A stretch of 64,000 bases of DNA, from positions 2,294,001 through 2,358,000 of the forward strand of contig NW_027191413.1 in assembly GCF_041146345.1 (NCBI RefSeq), given 5' to 3'. This document shows, piece by piece, positions 59,103-64,000 of the stretch; positions within the stretch are counted from its first letter, which is position 1, and the number at the start of each line of letters is the position of its first letter. Source of the DNA: Neodothiora populina (Eukaryota). Under the pieces are notes generated by a model. The model saw only the letters and a program-made list of their open reading frames with translations. It had not been told where the DNA came from and made no database searches. The position numbers and the translations under genes are program-made.

Positions 59103-60711
59103 ATGGCAGCGGCTATCAAGGACATGGCGAGTGGAATGATGGAGAAGCTCCACCTGACCTCGAAGCACACGGAGGAAGCGGCTCTACCAGAGCCCTCTGC
59201 CGACGAGGTCAAGGAGCTCCGAGAAGCATACACCAAGGCTGGCCAAGAGCAGGTTTTTGCCTTCTGGGATATTCTGGAGAAGACCGAGCAGGCCGCATTA
59301 TATCAGCAGCTCTCTGGCATTGACCCCGAGTACGTCAATTCCATCACAGACAGAGCATTGAACCCTCCCAAGGCCGAGTCCGAGGATGCTACGCCAAAGC
59401 TCGAACCCCTCCCGGACACCGCCCTGTCGTCCATCTATGACTCGGCTTCAGGAGACCTCAGCAAGTGGTATGATGCCGGTTTGCAATATGTCGCCAACGG
59501 CGAGGTGGGTGTGGTGCTTATGGCTGGAGGTCAGGGCACTAGACTGGGCAGTTCGGCGCCAAAGGGCTGTTTCAACATTGGTCTGCCCAGTGAGAAGTCG
59601 CTCTTCCAGCTACAGGCAGAGAGAATCTGGAAGATTCAGAAGCTCGCAGAGCACAAGCACAACAAAGAGAATGTCGTAGTGCCATGGTACATCATGACAA
59701 GTGGCCCGACCAGGAAGCCTACCGAGGAGTTCTTTGAGAAACACGCATATTTTGGGCTGGAGAAGGAGAATGTTGTTTTCTTCGAGCAGGGAACTCTACC
59801 CTGCATTTCCAATGACGGCAAGATTCTTCTCGAGACCAAATCAAGAGTTGCTGTCGCACCTGATGGAAACGGTGGAATCTACCCTGCCTTGATCGGTACC
59901 GGCATTGTTGCAAACATGAAGAAGAGAGGCATCAAGCACATTCACGCCTACTGTGTCGACAACTGCCTTGTGCGTGTCGCCGATCCTACATTTATAGGAT
60001 TCGCGGCATCCAAGGAGGTGGACATTGCCACTAAAGTGGTACGAAAGCGCAACGCAAAGGAGTCGGTCGGCCTCATTCTGCAAAAGAATGGCAAGCCTGA
60101 TGTTGTCGAGTACTCGGAAATTGATACAGAGACGGCAGAGGCCAAGGACGCCAAAGACTCGAGCCTCCTCAAGTTCCGCGCGGCCAACATCGTCAACCAC
60201 TACTACTCTTACGGCTTCCTCGAAAGCATCCCGGAGTGGGCTCACAAGCTTCCTCACCACATCGCCAGAAAAAAGATTCCGTACGTCGATACCGAGAAGG
60301 GAGAGACCATCAAGCCCGAGAAGCCGAATGGCATCAAGCTCGAGCAATTCGTGTTTGATTGTTTCCCATTCCTCTCCATGGACAAATTTGCTTGCATGGA
60401 AGTGAAGCGAGAAGACGAATTCTCGCCCCTGAAGAACGCAAGGGGCACTGGCGAGGACGACCCTGATACCAGCAAGCGCGACATCTCAGCCCAAGGCACC
60501 AGGTGGATTCAGGCAGCCGGAGGCGTTGTGGAGAGTGAGAATGCGGATGCCGGTGTGGAGGTATCACCCAAGATCAGCTATGTGAGTCGGCAGCCAGAGA
60601 CACATGCCGAATTTGTTTACTGACCAGAATGAACAGGGCGGTGAGGGACTAGAGTTCCTACATGGTCGGACTTTAAAGGCACCGGCTGTTATCGAGGTGG
60701 AGAAGCAGTAA
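59103..60711 (+). CDS. UAP1: UDP-N-acetylglucosamine pyrophosphorylase
   Basis: [66 protein letters not shown]. Terminal intron ~60582-60636. Confidence 0.96.
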
Positions 60712-61819
60712 AGACTATCGTGCACGGATCATACCAGCTCACAAGACTGCGCAGTAGTGGACGGAGCGGACTACTGTATGTGACAACTGACCAGTCAATG
60801 GAAGCGAGCTGCGGGTTATATGGCGTGTTGGAGCACTGATATTTCTACCATGTTCTCTGTTTTGGCCAATTCGATCCGACACGGACACACATTAGAGATG
60901 ACTGATGAAAGAGTTTATTACCTTGAGAGGCTGAACCTAAGTCAAATATGCTGGATGTTCGAAACATGTACAAGCACAGCGTCTGCTTGTGTATTCTTAG
61001 GGTTGACTGATCCGCCGTCCTTGGTGTCCTTTTGCTTGTCCGTCCTGGCAAGTTCTGGGCGGGCGGCATGTGAAGAGGGAGACCGTGCACGATGGTGTGG
61101 ATCCCGGCCGATGGGCGACCGCCGTGTGTTTCCAACTTTGATGCGGCTGCTCGACTCTTACAAAGAACTCCCCACGTTTTTGTCTTGGTGTGTTTGCTGC
61201 GAAGTACGGTAGTTTTACGATTCCTCGGTGGAAGAAAGAGGAAGAAGAAGCCGAAGCAGAAGAAGTAGAAGAAGAGTAGAGAGAAGAGAGAGAGAGTTGC
61301 TGCGGGCAGGAGTGTTTCATCCTCTGGACTACCAAGTGTGTAATAGCTCTCGCTCTTATCATTTCCATCAGCCGACCGGCGCACCCAACGTTCGTCGCAA
61401 ACACATTGGAGCGTTGTCATACTGATCCTCGGGTCGTTGGACAGGCACGGAATATTACCCATAGCGGTATCATAAGGTCAGTCGCATAATATCGACCTTG
61501 TTTCTGCAAATGTTCGCATCACCGTCCATTCCGACTGCGCCAGAGCTTCAGCATGCGCCGAGTTGAAGCTGTTGTGTTTGGTTGGGAGTGACTGCCCTCC
61601 GTTATCGCCGCCTGCCTCCGCTACCACCAAATCAACACACGACCACGTCGACTTGGTCTTGGATTTTTCTTATTCTCTACCGCTGCAAGAATCTCTCATG
61701 CTGTCGTCTGGCGCTGTACCGAAACATGCATTTCTTTCAAATGACCTGCGGACATACGAGTTGAAGAAGTAGTGTTGACACAAGCGGGCTGTCCAGTTTA
61801 TACATCCAAGAGAGCAAAG

Positions 61820-62662
61820 ATGTCTTCCCTCTCTCGTCGTGCCTGCTACAAATGTGGCAATGTCGGCCACTACGCCGAGGTTTGCTCCTCGTCCGAGCGT
61901 CTCTGCTACAACTGCAAACAGCCCGGACACGAGTCGAACAACTGCCCCCATCCACGCACCACCGAGGGTGAGTTGTCTCCGGCGGCCTCGGGTCGACTGG
62001 ACATGAAAATGCTGATGTGAGAATACACAGGCAAGCAGTGCTACCACTGCCAGGGTCTTGGTCACGTCCAGGCTGACTGCCCCACCCTTCGCCTGAACGG
62101 AGGCGCATCGAACGGACGCTGCTACTCCTGCGGTATGGTCGGTCACCTTGCAGTAAGTCTTGTTCTACGACAGTCTCCGACGCCGAACAAAAGCTGATGA
62201 CATGTTCTACAGCGTGCCTGTCCCAACCCCGCTGTTCCCGGCGTTGGTCGCGGTGCTGGCGGTCCTCCTCGCGGAGGCTTTGGTGGCTTCCGTGGCGGCT
62301 TCGCTGGCGGTGCCCGTCCGGCCACTTGCTACAAGTGCGGTGGTCCCAACCACTTTGCTCGCGACTGCCAGGCCCAGGCCATGAAGTGCTACGCCTGCGG
62401 CAAACTCGGTCACATCTCGCGCGACTGCACTGCCCCCAACGGTGGCCCATTGAACACGGCGGGCAAGACCTGCTACCGCTGCGGCGAGACCGGTCACATC
62501 TCTCGCGAGTGCCCCCAGGCCGGGATCAACGGTGACGGTGCTACCGCTGCTGCTGCTGCTGCTGCTGCCGCCTCCGCCTCCGCCGCCGCCGCCGCCGCTC
62601 CCGGCACTGGCCCTGTCCCTGTTGCTGTCGTGCCCATCGTCCCCGCGCCAGTTGTGGCATGA
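61820..62662 (+). CDS. GIS2: CCHC zinc-knuckle RNA-binding protein (Gis2/CNBP family), 3 exons
   Basis: MSSLSRRACYKCGNVGHYAEVC; seven CxxCxxxxHxxxxC knuckles with a central RGG box and a poly-Ala tail. Introns ~61968-62030 and ~62153-62212. Confidence 0.93.
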
Positions 62663-63175
62663 AAGGGATATGTGTGCTTGGGTGACATTTCTAAGTTGGA
62701 AAGCAGAACTGGCATGTTTGAAAGCCTCTAGCAAGCATATATGCATGAATTAATGCCCTTGAATAACTCATCGGACAGCTGCTCGGGCTGACGAGGCTAA
62801 TTTTGATCACAAATCGTATCAACATGAAGAAACCTCAGGTTTCTGCTATGGCAGTATTTTCTCTATTAAATCTCTCGTCCTTTCTCGTGGGTTTTCGGTC
62901 TGCCGTATAGATAGATGTAATTGCAAAATGGGTGGAACCGCTGAAGCGTGTTTGGATCCTCCGCTCCGCAAAGCTTATCGCCTTATCAGCAACTTTTCAT
63001 CTGCAAAGCAAAGTGGAAGTGATTGATTACACCAGCGTCAATTTCATTGTCGCAATCCAAGTTATTTTCTTCCTCAGCATCTCACAATTGCGAATATTGT
63101 ATCCTAATCCCCGTTGATATTCATTTCCGTCGACGACAGCCTAAGGATCGAAAATAACGAAAACAGCCAGCAAGC

Positions 63176-63202
63176 ATGGCGCCCGCAACAGCGTTGTCCA
63201 CA

Positions 63203-63243
<41 letters not shown>

Positions 63244-64000
63244 AAAACCAGCACGAAAAGACATCCCCTCGACAGTCCACGACTACACCGTCCTGCCTTT
63301 GATCCTGCCGCCGACCGCTTCTCTCCCGAAACCCACGACGCACTACCTGTACCTGCGGCCTCACGACCCCAAAGTGCCCACAGACTCGACGCCGCGCCAG
63401 GTCTTCCTCGTCAACGTCCCCGTCGACGCAACAGAGACGCACATCCGCTCGCTGTTCGCCGATGCCGCGCTCGGGGCCACGCGCATCGAGAGCGTCGAGT
63501 TCGAGGGCGCCAGACGCACAGGTGTAGGGCGCAAGGTCACTGCGCCTGTGGCTGGGCCTGGTAGCGGCGGCAGCAAGAAGAGAAAGAGAGGGGCGGATAA
63601 GGAGAGCGTCGACGCCGTTGTCGAGTTGCCTGATACGTGGGACAGAGAGGTCAGGGGCAGCGGCGCTACTGCTGTCGTCTGCTTCGTCGACGAAGCGAGT
63701 AGAGACGTTGCGCTCAAGGAGGCCAGGAAGAGAGCGGTGGCTTCGTCAAAGACAACGTCGCCCAAGAGCGCAGCTGCTGTGCTTTGGGGCAGTGGTGCAG
63801 TCGAGGACAAGGTGCCTGCTCTGGGCTCTGCTCGTATGTTTCCTTTCTTTCCTTTCCACTTTTGACATTTGCTATTCCGAAGCCTGAATACTCATCATTA
63901 CAGGCTACCTGACCCACCACACCCTCCGCTACCCGTCCGCCTCGACGCTACAATCCAACGTAGACGCATACATGACCCAGTTCGCCGCGCAAGAAGCCGC
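63176..64000 (+). CDS. RRP7: Ribosomal RNA-processing protein 7 (3' truncated by window)
   Basis: HYLYLRPH..VFLVNVPVDATETHIRSLF..ATAVVCFVD..LGSA|RYLTHHTLRYPSASTLQSNVDAYMTQF. Intron ~63834-63903. Confidence 0.88.
63199..63244 (+). repeat. Coding (ACG)n microsatellite encoding poly-Thr
   Basis: About 15 ACG/ACA codons at the RRP7 N-terminus. Confidence 0.9.

Noticed and set aside
60996..61008. Minus-strand CAACCCTAA resembling a telomerase RNA template
   Set aside because: Imperfect match to TAACCCTAA, no recognisable pseudoknot, and too little space for a filamentous-fungal TER.
1..64000. Secondary-metabolite gene cluster or mobile element
   Set aside because: No PKS, NRPS, terpene synthase, transposase or reverse transcriptase motifs seen; mostly housekeeping genes.

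Overview
Eukaryotic, intron-containing genomic DNA from a filamentous ascomycete (Pezizomycotina; gene style suggests Dothideomycetes, which is inference). About 22 protein-coding loci: MRD1 (3' end), a TEA/ATTS transcription factor, a flavin-reductase-like protein, a MetX-like alpha/beta hydrolase, a small orphan ORF, a non-RD protein kinase, a WDR89-like WD40 protein, a BTB protein, a hydantoinase/oxoprolinase-DUF917 fusion, RPL20, CSN12, a Usa1/HERP-like UBL membrane protein, two Zn2Cys6 factors, adenine deaminase, ATG2, an ADGF/ADA2-type deaminase, a disrupted phytase-like gene, UAP1, GIS2/CNBP and RRP7 (5' part). No tRNA, rRNA, transposon or CRISPR array could be supported. The best hidden signals are: (1) a cryptic peroxisomal targeting signal (TGA-CTG-TCT-CGG-GCG-AAG-TTG-TAG, ending -RAKL) right behind the stop codon of the flavin-reductase-like gene, suggesting a readthrough-generated peroxisomal isoform; (2) a long stem in the 379-nt first intron of RPL20; (3) the hydantoinase-DUF917 fusion behind a GATA-site cluster; (4) a phytase-like gene with a frameshift and an apparent in-frame deletion; (5) promoter and splice signals pointing to an unannotated minus-strand transcript at about 29-31 kb. 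All gene names come from recalled motif and sequence similarity, not from database searches.
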